Source: Bacteroidota bacterium (lineage in GTDB: Bacteria; Bacteroidota; Bacteroidia; Bacteroidales; F082). Taken from it: a stretch of 64,000 nt of DNA. The position numbers and the translations under genes are program-made. This document shows positions 31,247 to 41,189 of this stretch, one piece after another. The DNA is taken from NCBI GenBank assembly GCA_018336075.1, contig JAGXRB010000261.1:221-64220 (forward strand), read 5' to 3'. The stretch's first letter is position 1. Each line of letters begins with the position of its first letter. Under the pieces are notes generated by a model. The model worked only from the letters and a program-made list of their open reading frames with translations, was not told the origin of the DNA and did no database searches.

Positions 31247-32011
31247 ATGCAAACTGAAAGAGACAGGCAAGATATGATTTTTGGAACAAGGCCTTTGATT
31301 GAAGCCTTCAGGTCTGGAATGGAAATAGAAAAAATTTTGATTCAAAATGGAACAAAGTCGCCACAGATATTAGAAATCTTAACACTTGCAAAAAATCATG
31401 AGGTACCTTACCAGTTGGTTCCTATGGAAAAGTTAAACCGTTTAACAAGAAAAAACCATCAGGGTGTTGTGGCTTTTATTTCACCTGTAGTTTACCAAAA
31501 GATCGAATTCTTAATTCCGATGCTTTTTGAAGCAGGGGAGACCCCTTTTATTATCATAATGGATAAGATTACTGATGTTAGAAATTTTGGTGCCATAGCG
31601 CGTACTGCAGAAGCTTCAGGTGTTCAGGCTATTTTGATTCCAACAAGAGGTTCTGCTCTTATAACTGCCGATGCAGTTAAAACTTCTGCAGGTGCACTCA
31701 CCAGAATTAATATCTGCCGTGAAGACAACCTGAAAACCTCCATTGATTTCTTAAAGAAGAGTGGACTTAAAATTGCCGCTATAACAGAAAAGTCTGACGG
31801 CCTGCTTTGGGATGCTGATTTAAATGGCCCTGTAGCGCTTCTAATGGGATCGGAGGAAACGGGTATCTCTGAGGCTTACTTAAAAATGGCTGATTTACGT
31901 TTAAAAATCCCAATGTTGGGTAGCATCGAATCATTGAATGTTTCGGTCGCAGCAGGTATTGCCTGTTTTGAGATAATCAGACAAAGAATTGCAACAGCTA
32001 ACAATTCATAG
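31247..32011 (+). CDS. rlmB: 23S rRNA (guanosine-2'-O)-methyltransferase RlmB (SpoU/TrmH family)
   Basis: 254 aa with an N-terminal SpoU_sub_bind-like segment. The C-terminus carries DPRNFGAI-like (DVRNFGAIARTA), LLMGSEETG and SLNVS motifs. Confidence 0.85.
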   Translation: MQTERDRQDMIFGTRPLIEAFRSGMEIEKILIQNGTKSPQILEILTLAKNHEVPYQLVPMEKLNRLTRKNHQGVVAFISPVVYQKIEFLIPMLFEAGETPFIIIMDKITDVRNFGAIARTAEASGVQAILIPTRGSALITADAVKTSAGALTRINICREDNLKTSIDFLKKSGLKIAAITEKSDGLLWDADLNGPVALLMGSEETGISEAYLKMADLRLKIPMLGSIESLNVSVAAGIACFEIIRQRIATANNS

Positions 32012-32055
32012 ATTCATAAAGGTATTCTTTTCAAATATCTATAAGACAATCGTTT

Positions 32056-32089
32056 AAAAAAAAATAGTCCTGATTTTCATCAGGACTAT
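32056..32089 (-). terminator. Rho-independent terminator of rplS
   Basis: An 11-bp stem ATAGTCCTGAT/ATCAGGACTAT with loop TTTC. On the minus strand it is followed by a T8-9 run. Confidence 0.75.
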
Positions 32090-32109
32090 CAATGTCTAAA
32101 CAAAAGCTT

Positions 32110-32463
32110 TTAGCGGCGGGCTTCTTTAATTCTCGCTTTCTTACCGCGTAGGTTTCTGAGATAGAAAATTCTGGCTCTTCTAACTCTACCTAACTTATTA
32201 ACTTCAATTTCTTCGATAAAAGGTGAAGATACCGGGAAAATTCTTTCAACTCCAACGTTGTTTGAAATCTTTCTAACTGTGAAAGTTGCTGTTGGTCCAC
32301 CGCCTACACGTTGCAGGACAACGCCCTGAAATTTCTGTAAACGTTCTTTGTTTCCCTCGATGATTTTATAGGTTACCGTGATTGTGTCACCAGGCTTGAA
32401 AGTTGGCAGTTCTTTAACTGCAACCTGGTCTTCTACATACTGAATAAAGGCGTTCTTGCTCAT
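32110..32463 (-). CDS. rplS: 50S ribosomal protein L19
   Basis: 117 aa reading ...[29 protein letters not shown]....[16 protein letters not shown]. Confidence 0.95.
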   Translation of the reverse strand: MSKNAFIQYVEDQVAVKELPTFKPGDTITVTYKIIEGNKERLQKFQGVVLQRVGGGPTATFTVRKISNNVGVERIFPVSSPFIEEIEVNKLGRVRRARIFYLRNLRGKKARIKEARR

Positions 32464-32507
32464 TTTAAGATAGATATTTATTGTCGTGCAAAACTCAAAA
32501 ATGAGTG

Positions 32508-32515
32508 CAAATATA
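32508..32515 (-). promoter_or_regulatory. -7 box TATATTTG for rplS
   Basis: The plus strand reads CAAATATA, about 45 nt upstream of the start at 32463. Confidence 0.45.
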
Positions 32516-32649
32516 CAATTTTATTTGAATAAATAAACTCAAGTGTGATTTTAATAGATAAGTTAAACGTTTTTTTTATTTAAAACTGTTTTTCTTTTCT
32601 TTAGAAAACCAGTTAAAATATTGAAATGATGATAGTTGTAAATTGAATT

Positions 32650-32696
32650 AAAAAAATCATCCCCGGTGTAATAAAATACTCCGGGGATGATTTTTA
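32650..32696 (-). terminator. Hairpin terminator (bidirectional-looking) after the 912-aa T9SS gene
   Basis: ATCATCCCCGG / CCGGGGATGAT stem flanked by an A-run and a T-run. Confidence 0.65.
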
Positions 32697-32712
32697 ATTG
32701 CTTTGCTGCAAA

Positions 32713-35451
32713 TTATCTTTGAATCATTACCTTTTGTGTAGTTCTGGTTTTTCCAGAAGTGATGGTTAGGAAGTAAATCCCATTCGGTAATTCGGCAGTA
32801 TATATCGCCATTTCCTTCATCGATGCAGCGTCAATAGTTCTTGGTGCTGCTGCAAGCAGATTGAATCTGTCAGTCAGTTCAACTGTGAAGGTTTCATTTG
32901 CTAAATCATCAAATTTTATATTGACAACATCTTTGGCAGGATTTGGATAAACCGAGAAAGTTAAAGGAAGATCGCTAATGGTGAAATAGTTGTTGCTAAA
33001 ATCTTCAATTGTTCCTAAAGCTGAACTGAATACCCTGATTTTGTAATATGAACTAGTAGGATAGGCATTTAACACATTCCATATGTGGGTTGTTCCAACA
33101 ACACCAGTGGCTATAGGAAAAGTCTGTTGATGTACATTAAAGTTATCATATCTGAGCAATTCAATGTTTACAGCTTCTGGTATGTCATCGATCCATGAAA
33201 TCAAATAAGCAGTGTTTTTGTAAAGGAACTCACCACCATTTGGTTGCAGAACTTCAATTGTTCCACCTGGAGAATCAGCTAATTCAAAATTGAAATCGCT
33301 TTCACCGTAAACAGTGTTATTGTTGGTGTAAACCCTTATTTTATAATCAGTACCCAAAGGATAGGTGAGTGCAGGAATATTCCAAACCCAGGTTGTACCT
33401 TCAACACCTGATGCAAGCGTTGCATGGAATGCATTATTTTTCCACAATTGAATATTTGATGGACCAGACAAGAAATCAGGTAACCAGGAAATGACGTATG
33501 AAGATCCGCGAAGCCATTTAATGCCGCTTACATTTGGTTGCAAAACCTCAATTGTGCCACCAGTAGGGAAGTCAGCCAGTGCAAAATTGTAATCACTCTG
33601 ATCTGAAACACCGCCATTGCTTGCAACAACTCTGATTTTATAATCGGAACCCACTGCATAAGTGAATGCAGGTATATTCCAAACCCAGGTTGATCCAACT
33701 ACATTGCTGGCTAAAGTAGCATGATGTGATCCATTTTTATAAAGCTGAATGTTTACTGGTCCGGGAACATCATCAATCCATGAAATAAGATAAGAAGATC
33801 CTCTGATCCATGTTATACCATTATCCGAGGGTTGTAAAACTGTTATGTAGCTTCCGGGAAGATTGTTGACAATTGAAAAATAATTCAAACTCTGCCCAAG
33901 GATTGTTTCTGTTTCATCCCAGATATTGATCTTATAGTTAGAATTTGCTGCTGTGATTCCTGAAGGAATTGCCCAAACAAATGTCGACCCTACGACACCA
34001 GATGCAATATCCATCGTATGTTTCTTGATCCTGAAATTATCGAAATAATTAATCCTGTTCAGATAATTGTCAGCTAATTGTCCTTTGGAGTAAAACCTGA
34101 AAGAATCTGGAGCCCCAGACACTGCAATAATCTGGTCAAAGGTCTCAAAACCATCACGGCCAGTTCCAAAAACTCTTAACTGGGTTTCAGAAATAAACTC
34201 AAAGTTGAGGTTCATAGCTTGTGAAAGTGGAGCACCGTTGTTTAGAAACATTGTCGCACCATTGATTTTTATTTCACTTGTAATACCTTCTATAGATACG
34301 TGAACTAACTCGTTTGCTCCAACACCACCTGAATAAATTTTAAATCCTTTTGAACCGCTTGACCATCTAATACCCCAGTCAAAGCTGAAAGTGCTACCGA
34401 CTTCTAACGGGGTATCAAAGGTATTGTCTGCATAAATGTAATTGTTCAGATCAGAAACAGCTGAATAGGCAACGATTCCAAAAGAAGGATTGTCCATGCC
34501 ATTGATAAATGATAAAGATGGATCTCCAAGGAAAGCTTCAGCTGTTCCAGTAGGTGCATCAGAAGTTATAACCCATGGACCAAAACCGTTTCCTTCATCA
34601 GCGCCACTAATCCAGGGTGCATAATCTGAAGCATCGTCACTTGCAACCGTAAATGGAATCAAACTGTAAAGTTCAATGTTTACCGGACCGGGAACATCAT
34701 CAATCCATGAAATAAGGTAGGAAGAACCTTTTAGCCAGCTAATACCTGGAGCTGTTGGCTGCAAAACTTCAATAGTTGAATTTAAAGGCGTTATCAGAAT
34801 GGAGAATGGATTGTCACTGAGATCAAAAACACCAGGATTTGAAACGCTCGAAACTTTGATTTTGTAGTTTTCTCCGTTTGGAAATAATGCAGGAATTGAC
34901 CAGATAAAAGTTGAGTTTCCAACGTTACTAGCTATAGAAGTAGTTGTAAGCAAAATTTCATCGATTAAATCAATATTAAATAACCCGGAAGCATTGCTAT
35001 TCCAGGAAATTAGGTTGTCAGTTCCCGGAAACCAATTGATCCCTGAAGTGTTTGGCTGCTCAACATGTATGTATGAGCCGGGAAGCGATAAAACCAATGA
35101 AAAATGATTTGTACTTTCTGCGTAAAAGCTTGCATTTACTGTGCTGGTGACCCTTATTGAATAATCATTACCTTCCAGAAGAAGCGGGTCAATAAGCCAA
35201 CCGTAGGTAGAGCCTGTGGTTGAAGCAACTACTGGTGAATGGAATACTCCATTTTTGTAGAGATCAATTTTAACGGGCTGAGTAAAGTTGCTGTTCCATG
35301 ATATCAGTTTGGTTGAACCAATTTCCCAGTAGATATTAGCTTCTGAGGGCTGAAGAACCTGAACAAAGGGTTGGCTTGCCAGATTTCCATTTAATGCAAA
35401 AAGCAAAAATGTAAGAAATACATAGCTTTTGAAGTGTAATAGTTGTTTCAT
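32713..35451 (-). CDS. T9SS-secreted surface protein: six ~100-aa Ig-like repeats, a unique ~210-aa insert, and a Por C-terminal sorting domain
   Basis: 912 aa with a signal peptide and a repeated (I/V)xVxQP..x.I.W..G...LISW...PGPVNI(E/Q)L module. The C-terminus (YPNPAKDVVNIKF...GIYFLTI...KVMIQR) is a TIGR04183-type CTD. Confidence 0.75.
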   Translation of the reverse strand: MKQLLHFKSYVFLTFLLFALNGNLASQPFVQVLQPSEANIYWEIGSTKLISWNSNFTQPVKIDLYKNGVFHSPVVASTTGSTYGWLIDPLLLEGNDYSIRVTSTVNASFYAESTNHFSLVLSLPGSYIHVEQPNTSGINWFPGTDNLISWNSNASGLFNIDLIDEILLTTTSIASNVGNSTFIWSIPALFPNGENYKIKVSSVSNPGVFDLSDNPFSILITPLNSTIEVLQPTAPGISWLKGSSYLISWIDDVPGPVNIELYSLIPFTVASDDASDYAPWISGADEGNGFGPWVITSDAPTGTAEAFLGDPSLSFINGMDNPSFGIVAYSAVSDLNNYIYADNTFDTPLEVGSTFSFDWGIRWSSGSKGFKIYSGGVGANELVHVSIEGITSEIKINGATMFLNNGAPLSQAMNLNFEFISETQLRVFGTGRDGFETFDQIIAVSGAPDSFRFYSKGQLADNYLNRINYFDNFRIKKHTMDIASGVVGSTFVWAIPSGITAANSNYKINIWDETETILGQSLNYFSIVNNLPGSYITVLQPSDNGITWIRGSSYLISWIDDVPGPVNIQLYKNGSHHATLASNVVGSTWVWNIPAFTYAVGSDYKIRVVASNGGVSDQSDYNFALADFPTGGTIEVLQPNVSGIKWLRGSSYVISWLPDFLSGPSNIQLWKNNAFHATLASGVEGTTWVWNIPALTYPLGTDYKIRVYTNNNTVYGESDFNFELADSPGGTIEVLQPNGGEFLYKNTAYLISWIDDIPEAVNIELLRYDNFNVHQQTFPIATGVVGTTHIWNVLNAYPTSSYYKIRVFSSALGTIEDFSNNYFTISDLPLTFSVYPNPAKDVVNIKFDDLANETFTVELTDRFNLLAAAPRTIDAASMKEMAIYTAELPNGIYFLTITSGKTRTTQKVMIQR

Positions 35452-35496
35452 GTGTATTAGTTTAAAATTGTTTCTATTTTTATTTGCTTAGTATAT

Positions 35497-37026
35497 TTAC
35501 TTGATTATTAATTTCTTAGTTTCTGAATATGATTCGGATATGAATTGTACTAAATAAATCCCTGGAGGATAATTGAAAGTTGAAAGATCAAAAGATGATT
35601 CACCTTTAGAAATATAACCATCATATAACCTGTTGAGAATTGTGCCTGTGCTACTAATCAAATTAATTACGACTTTTTCTGGAGATACAGAACTAAAGGC
35701 AACGTTTACTTTATCCTTTGCAGGATTGGGATGCATTTTAAAATCAACAGAAATACTTTCTTGAGAATCCAAACGCACCAGCATAGATGTATAGCTTGCA
35801 GATGCTTTATAACCAACAAAATATATTGAATTTATGCTGTTGGAATAAAAAAGCTCGAGCAGCCCATCCTGGTTTTGAACCCATGTACTGCCATTCCAGC
35901 TATATAAATCAGAGGTAATTGCATTTCCGTTTTCATCGTAAGTGTAATTCAGGAGTGAATTATTTAACCATGAATTATTCACCCATGATTCGAGTAGCGA
36001 AGTTGCCACACCGCCATAATTATTGTATGAAAATTGTCCTTTCTCCTGATTTACCCATTGATTTGATACCCAAGCCTGACCAATAGCTGTTTGAACAAAA
36101 CCCAAAGCATCATAACTGTAAGCATATTTTTCTGCAAATACCCAATTGTTATTTTGCCAGAATTGTCCTATGTATTCAACGGGTTTGTTGGACATATTGT
36201 AAATATATGACTCCTTGTAAAAATTTGTCCAGCTATCATTAACCCAACTTTGTATGGTTAAATTTAGCAGATTTCGATTTGCATCGTAAACATAAGCATA
36301 CTGTTGATCATTGATCCATAAACTGTTAGCCCAAATTTGACGTGTTCCGGAAATCAAATTGCTGGTTTGGTCGTAAAAATAAAGCTCATAAGCTTGATTC
36401 GTCCAACTGCCAGAAATCCATTTTTCTGTCAAGAAGGCCACTCTGTTGCCATTGATGTCAAAGGAGTTTGTTACTTTGTCTGAATTCACCCAAACAGATC
36501 CATTCCATAACTGTGATATATAAGTCAAAATATTTCCGTTTGCGTTATGTGTAAAAGTGGATTTGGCTGTGTTTTGCCAATTACCGTTTTGCCAAACCTG
36601 CCAGGTAGAAGTGGTTTTACGTCCAAAACTATCATAGGTGCTCATTTCGATGGCCGAGTTTGTCCACTGATTGTTTTGAAGCGACTGTGTTAAGGTAGAT
36701 AAGTGATTTCCTTGCTGCGAATAGAAATAAATATAACGTTTGGGATTTTGTCCAACTGAGTAAATCATTATCGAATCTGGAAAATGATAAATATTCCTTT
36801 GCCCGACAGATTTTGGTTGAAGATTGGCAAGTCTTCTTATATCTAATTTGATTTTTAAACTTGAATTCTGATTTGAAAGTGATGATGTAAGCTCTGCGTT
36901 GTAGTAAATTTCATTGTTTGAATGAAACGAAATATCTTTGTTAGGAACAAAATTTGAAGCTTCTGACGATAAGTTCAGAATTAAAATAAGACTAAAAAAT
37001 GTAAAAAATACTTTGTTCACCTTCAC
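35497..37026 (-). CDS. T9SS-secreted protein with about ten tandem 29-aa W-x4-W-x-N...Y-x-Y-D-x-N-G-N repeats
   Basis: 509 aa with a signal peptide and a 29-residue periodicity I aligned by hand. The C-terminus (HPNPAKDKVNVAF...GIYLVQF...KKLIIK) is a Por CTD. Confidence 0.7.
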   Translation of the reverse strand: MKVNKVFFTFFSLILILNLSSEASNFVPNKDISFHSNNEIYYNAELTSSLSNQNSSLKIKLDIRRLANLQPKSVGQRNIYHFPDSIMIYSVGQNPKRYIYFYSQQGNHLSTLTQSLQNNQWTNSAIEMSTYDSFGRKTTSTWQVWQNGNWQNTAKSTFTHNANGNILTYISQLWNGSVWVNSDKVTNSFDINGNRVAFLTEKWISGSWTNQAYELYFYDQTSNLISGTRQIWANSLWINDQQYAYVYDANRNLLNLTIQSWVNDSWTNFYKESYIYNMSNKPVEYIGQFWQNNNWVFAEKYAYSYDALGFVQTAIGQAWVSNQWVNQEKGQFSYNNYGGVATSLLESWVNNSWLNNSLLNYTYDENGNAITSDLYSWNGSTWVQNQDGLLELFYSNSINSIYFVGYKASASYTSMLVRLDSQESISVDFKMHPNPAKDKVNVAFSSVSPEKVVINLISSTGTILNRLYDGYISKGESSFDLSTFNYPPGIYLVQFISESYSETKKLIIK

Positions 37027-37166
37027 TGTTATTTATATTTATCAAACCCTTAATCAGGTACTCTAATGCTAGTTAGAGTTGTGCTTAGCAAATATTGTAC
37101 CGTCTTTGCTATAATCCTCCAAACAAATAAAATAGGTAAGCTACTGTATTGAGTATTCAGAGATCA

Positions 37167-37205
37167 AAATTCCCAAAATAGGACAGAAAATTCCCAAATT
37201 GAAAA
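37167..37205. promoter_or_regulatory. Pair of TTCCCAAA(A/T)T motifs 21 bp apart upstream of the 509-aa gene
   Basis: AAAATTCCCAAAATAGGAC and AAAATTCCCAAATTGAAAA. A homologous pair lies at 41894-41930. Confidence 0.3.
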
Positions 37206-37436
37206 ACTGTGCTTAATAGTTGAAGATTTCTCGTGAAGTTTCCTGATTACACATACCGGGAAAATCTAAAGTCAATATATCCAATGAATTATAAAATTAC
37301 TTCTTGTGAAGATGGGCTAATTATGTGTGTCAAAATTGGAAGGATGACAAGATTTGGATAATTCTTTGGTTATTGCTTGAACTTCAGACTTGAAAAATGA
37401 GACCGATGGATTCTGGAAAGTGCTTGGAATGTGCGC

Positions 37437-37475
37437 AAAATAAAACGGCTCCTTTGCCATTGAGCAAAGGAGCCG
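37437..37475 (-). terminator. Rho-independent terminator after the 719-aa T9SS gene
   Basis: A 12-bp stem CGGCTCCTTTGC/GCAAAGGAGCCG, followed on the minus strand by TTTTATTTT. Confidence 0.75.
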
Positions 37476-37498
37476 AAGTAATTATTCAATGAAAACGA

Positions 37499-39658
37499 CT
37501 AATGCTGAATTATTATCTTCTGGGTATTTTTGGTTTTATCGGATGAAATAGTCAGGAAATAAACGCCATTTGGCAAGTCAGCTGTAGAGATTCTGTATTC
37601 CTTCAATGATTCAGCATTAACAGTTCTTGTTAGCATTGGTAAATTTAGCCTGTTAAATAGTTGAACTGTATATGTTTCGTTAGCTTTTTCGTCAAATTTA
37701 ACAGTGAAATAATCATTGGCCGGATTTGGATAAATAGTGAAAGTAAGCGGAAGGTCGGTGATGGTGAAGTAGTTGCTACTTAAATCTTGAATTGTCCCGG
37801 ATACTGAACTAAATACTCTGATTTTGTATTTTGAACTAGTTGGATAGGTACTCAGTACATTCCAGACAGTAGTAGTTCCGACAACACCCGATTCTATAGT
37901 AAAAGTCTGTGTATGAACATTAAAGTCGTCGTATCTGTATAATTCGATATTTACTGGTTCAAGAACATTATCAATCCATGAAATAAGGTAAGGAATTCCT
38001 TTGTATAGTGTTTCGCCACCATTTGGTTGATGGATATCAATTGTGCCACCTTCGGTGTCAACAAGAGAGAAATGGTTTGCGCTAGAACCCACTATTGTAT
38101 TGTTGCTTCCCCAAACGTTTATCTTGTATTGTGTTCCAAGAGGGAAAGTTGTTTCGGGTATCGGCCAAACCCACGTTGAACCTTCAGCTCCAGTTTTAAT
38201 CATATGAAAAGTTGGAGTTGTAACACCGTAATTGGCTAATTCAATATTAAACGGACCCGGAATAGTTGGGTTCCATGATATTAGATGAGAAGTACCTCTA
38301 AGCCATTTGATATTAGCAACGCTTGGCTGAAGAACTTCAATAGAACCTCCTGCTGGAAAGTCAGCTAATGCGAAGTTGTGTGTACTTGAGCCTACAATTG
38401 TATTATTTGAACCCCATACATTTATCTTGTATTGTGTCCCAGTTGGGAAAGTGTTTTCTGGAATTGACCAAACCCATGTTGAACCTTCAGCTCCAGTTTT
38501 AATCATATTAAAAGTAGGAGTTGTAACACCATAATTGGCTAATTCGATATTAAATGGTCCAGGGATTGTCGGGTTCCAAGAAATAAGTTGAGATGTTCCT
38601 CTTAACCATGTAATTCCTTGTTCACTTGGTTGCATTACAGTAATGGTTCCACCTACCGGATAATCTGCAAGTGCAAAATAGTTTTGACTTGAACCGTGAA
38701 TAGTGTTGCCATTTCCCCAAACAATAATTTTATACTTACTTCCAGTTGGGAAAGTGTTTTCTGGAATCGACCATACCCATGTTGAACCTTCAGCTCCGGT
38801 TTTAATCATGTGATAAGTATGATTGTTAGGATTAGGATCATTCATATTAGCTAACTCAATATTAAAAGGACCAGGAACAGTTGGATTCCAAGAAATGAGA
38901 TAAGAAGATCCTCTTAACCATGATATATTTAATGCGCTTGGCTGCAGAACGTTAATTGAACCTCCAGGTGCATGAGCAGCAATAGTAAATTCGTTGACAC
39001 TTTGACTAACAAGCGAATTGTTAGCACCTCCCCAAACATTGATTTTATATTGACTGCCAACTTGTAGATCTGAAGGTATAGACCAAGCCCATGTAGAACC
39101 AGTTACATTGCTTGCCAGTGTTGTGAAAGTTGGAGTTGTAACACCATAATTTGCCAATTCAATAAGGAAAGGTCCGGAGACATTGTGTGTCCATGAAATT
39201 AAATTTGTTGTTCCTCTAACCCAGGTGATGTTAGGAAGACTGGGTTGCTCAACCTTAATAAAGGATTCTGCAGCATTTAGTTTAATTTTAAAAAAGTTAT
39301 TGCTGGCATCAAAAAGGGTAGTATTTACTGTACTCCAAATATTAATTTTGAAATTATTTCCTTCAGGCACAGTATTTGGAATTGTCCAACTATATGTTGA
39401 ACCCTGAACTGATGGGGCAATTGTTGTAAAAGTTGGAGTTGTAACACCGTAATTAGCTAATTCAATTAATACGGGTTGTGTAAGATTGTCAGTCCAGGAA
39501 ATCAAGTAAGTTTGTCCGATAATCCATTCTATTCCTGCCTCGCTCGGTTGAATCACTTGAATATAAGGTGTCGGATGCTGAGCAAGAACATTCATGTTGA
39601 TTGTAATAAGTATTACAGCAATGAATGAAATAATCTTAAGGTGTAATAAATGTTTCAT
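37499..39658 (-). CDS. T9SS-secreted surface protein with six Ig-like repeats plus Por CTD (paralog of 32713-35451)
   Basis: 719 aa with the same repeat module. The last ~180 aa are roughly two-thirds identical by eye to those of the 912-aa protein. Confidence 0.75.
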   Translation of the reverse strand: MKHLLHLKIISFIAVILITINMNVLAQHPTPYIQVIQPSEAGIEWIIGQTYLISWTDNLTQPVLIELANYGVTTPTFTTIAPSVQGSTYSWTIPNTVPEGNNFKINIWSTVNTTLFDASNNFFKIKLNAAESFIKVEQPSLPNITWVRGTTNLISWTHNVSGPFLIELANYGVTTPTFTTLASNVTGSTWAWSIPSDLQVGSQYKINVWGGANNSLVSQSVNEFTIAAHAPGGSINVLQPSALNISWLRGSSYLISWNPTVPGPFNIELANMNDPNPNNHTYHMIKTGAEGSTWVWSIPENTFPTGSKYKIIVWGNGNTIHGSSQNYFALADYPVGGTITVMQPSEQGITWLRGTSQLISWNPTIPGPFNIELANYGVTTPTFNMIKTGAEGSTWVWSIPENTFPTGTQYKINVWGSNNTIVGSSTHNFALADFPAGGSIEVLQPSVANIKWLRGTSHLISWNPTIPGPFNIELANYGVTTPTFHMIKTGAEGSTWVWPIPETTFPLGTQYKINVWGSNNTIVGSSANHFSLVDTEGGTIDIHQPNGGETLYKGIPYLISWIDNVLEPVNIELYRYDDFNVHTQTFTIESGVVGTTTVWNVLSTYPTSSKYKIRVFSSVSGTIQDLSSNYFTITDLPLTFTIYPNPANDYFTVKFDEKANETYTVQLFNRLNLPMLTRTVNAESLKEYRISTADLPNGVYFLTISSDKTKNTQKIIIQH

Positions 39659-39698
39659 AATAATAGAGTTTAAATTGTTTTAATATTCAGAATTTTGT

Positions 39699-41189
39699 TT
39701 ATTTCGTTATCAGTAATTTTTCATGTTTTGTTTGTTTTCCTGCTGCTAAGCGAACGATATAAATCCCAGAAGGTAGATTATTGACAGCTACGACAATATT
39801 TTTTTTACCTTTATTCATCTTGTTTTTATAAACTTCAAGCACTTTAATACCTGTGTTGTTATAAATATTTATTTCTGTTTCAGCGTCATCCGATAACTCA
39901 AAATGAAGGAGAACTATATCATTTGCAGGATTCGGGCTTAATGTTAAATTAAGTTTTTTGTCCAAAATTATATCTTGAAATCCTACCTGTATTGAGGTAT
40001 ATTTTGCCATCGCCTTATAGCCAAATACATCCATTGAATTGATGCTGAAGGAATAATATACATTAATGACTCCATCCTGATTCTGAATCCATGAATTTCC
40101 GTCCCAGTGGTAGAGGTCACAACCCAAAGCGTTTCCATTTTCATCATAACTGTTATTACTCAAGTTTACATTTATCCAATTGTTGGATAGCCACAACTCA
40201 CGAAGTGAGGATTGAATTCCTCCAAAATTATTATGTCCGTACTGACCTCTTTCAAAAAAGGCCCATTGGTTGTTTTCCCAAAGCTCACCAACAGCCATTG
40301 TTACAAAGCCAAGAATGTTATAGGTATAAGTGTATCTTTCGCTAAATGTCCAGACAGAACCATTCCACAATTGCCCGGTTATTTGAATGGGTTGATAGGA
40401 GGTGTTGTATATGTATGTTTCTTTATAAAAAAACGTCCAGCCACCATCGGACCAATTTTCAATGATGCTGGTAAGCATGCTGTTGTTGGCATCGTAAGTC
40501 CATGTGTATTGCTGATCGTTAAACCAGTTGTCATTTATCCAAACCTGACGCGATCCTGTAAGCCTGTTGTTGCTTGAGTCATAATTGTATAATTCAAAAG
40601 AAACATTTGTCCAGCTGCTTGATATCCATGTTTCCTTCAATATTGCAACTGTGTTTCCACTTACGTCATAAGAATTTGTTGTTTTATTGTTGTTGACCCA
40701 AGAGGAACCGTTCCAGACTTGACTCGTAAAGGTCAAAATCTTTCTGTTGGCGGTATATGTATAGATGGATTTGGTGGTGTTGACCCAACCACCGTTTTGC
40801 CAATTTTGCCATGTAGATGTGAGTAGGTTGCCAAATTCATCATATGTACAATTCTCATAAGATTGATGAGCCCATTCATTATTTTTAAATTCTTTTATAA
40901 AAGTTATCAGCCGTTCACCTTTTTCTGAATATAAATATTTGTAAAGACGAGGATATTGACTAACCGAATAAACTATAACTGTATCTGGAAAATAATTCAG
41001 GTTTCTTTCGGACTGTTCAATTGGTTGCAGATGTTTTAATCGGTCAATATCTAATCTTATTTTGTAATTCAAAGGCTGTTCCTTTTCCGGAAAGCTTGAA
41101 GATATGTCTAGATTAGTTTGACCTACTGAGATGTAAGCAATGAAAAAGTAAAACAATATTGAAAACATTATGGTGGAAATCTTTCTCAT
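39699..41189 (-). CDS. T9SS-secreted 29-aa W/YD-like repeat protein (paralog of 35497-37026)
   Basis: 496 aa with the same W..(G/N)..W.N...Y.YD..GN periodicity and a Por CTD (SPNPANDIVLLHF...GIYIVRL...KLLITK). Confidence 0.7.
   Translation of the reverse strand: MRKISTIMFSILFYFFIAYISVGQTNLDISSSFPEKEQPLNYKIRLDIDRLKHLQPIEQSERNLNYFPDTVIVYSVSQYPRLYKYLYSEKGERLITFIKEFKNNEWAHQSYENCTYDEFGNLLTSTWQNWQNGGWVNTTKSIYTYTANRKILTFTSQVWNGSSWVNNNKTTNSYDVSGNTVAILKETWISSSWTNVSFELYNYDSSNNRLTGSRQVWINDNWFNDQQYTWTYDANNSMLTSIIENWSDGGWTFFYKETYIYNTSYQPIQITGQLWNGSVWTFSERYTYTYNILGFVTMAVGELWENNQWAFFERGQYGHNNFGGIQSSLRELWLSNNWINVNLSNNSYDENGNALGCDLYHWDGNSWIQNQDGVINVYYSFSINSMDVFGYKAMAKYTSIQVGFQDIILDKKLNLTLSPNPANDIVLLHFELSDDAETEINIYNNTGIKVLEVYKNKMNKGKKNIVVAVNNLPSGIYIVRLAAGKQTKHEKLLITK

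Noticed and set aside
32713-41189. The possibility that the repeat-rich T9SS paralogs are targets of a diversity-generating retroelement or shufflon
   Set aside because: The window contains no reverse transcriptase, no template-repeat/variable-repeat pair with adenine-specific differences and no invertase-flanked inverted repeats. The divergence is spread along the whole genes, as expected for an old duplication.
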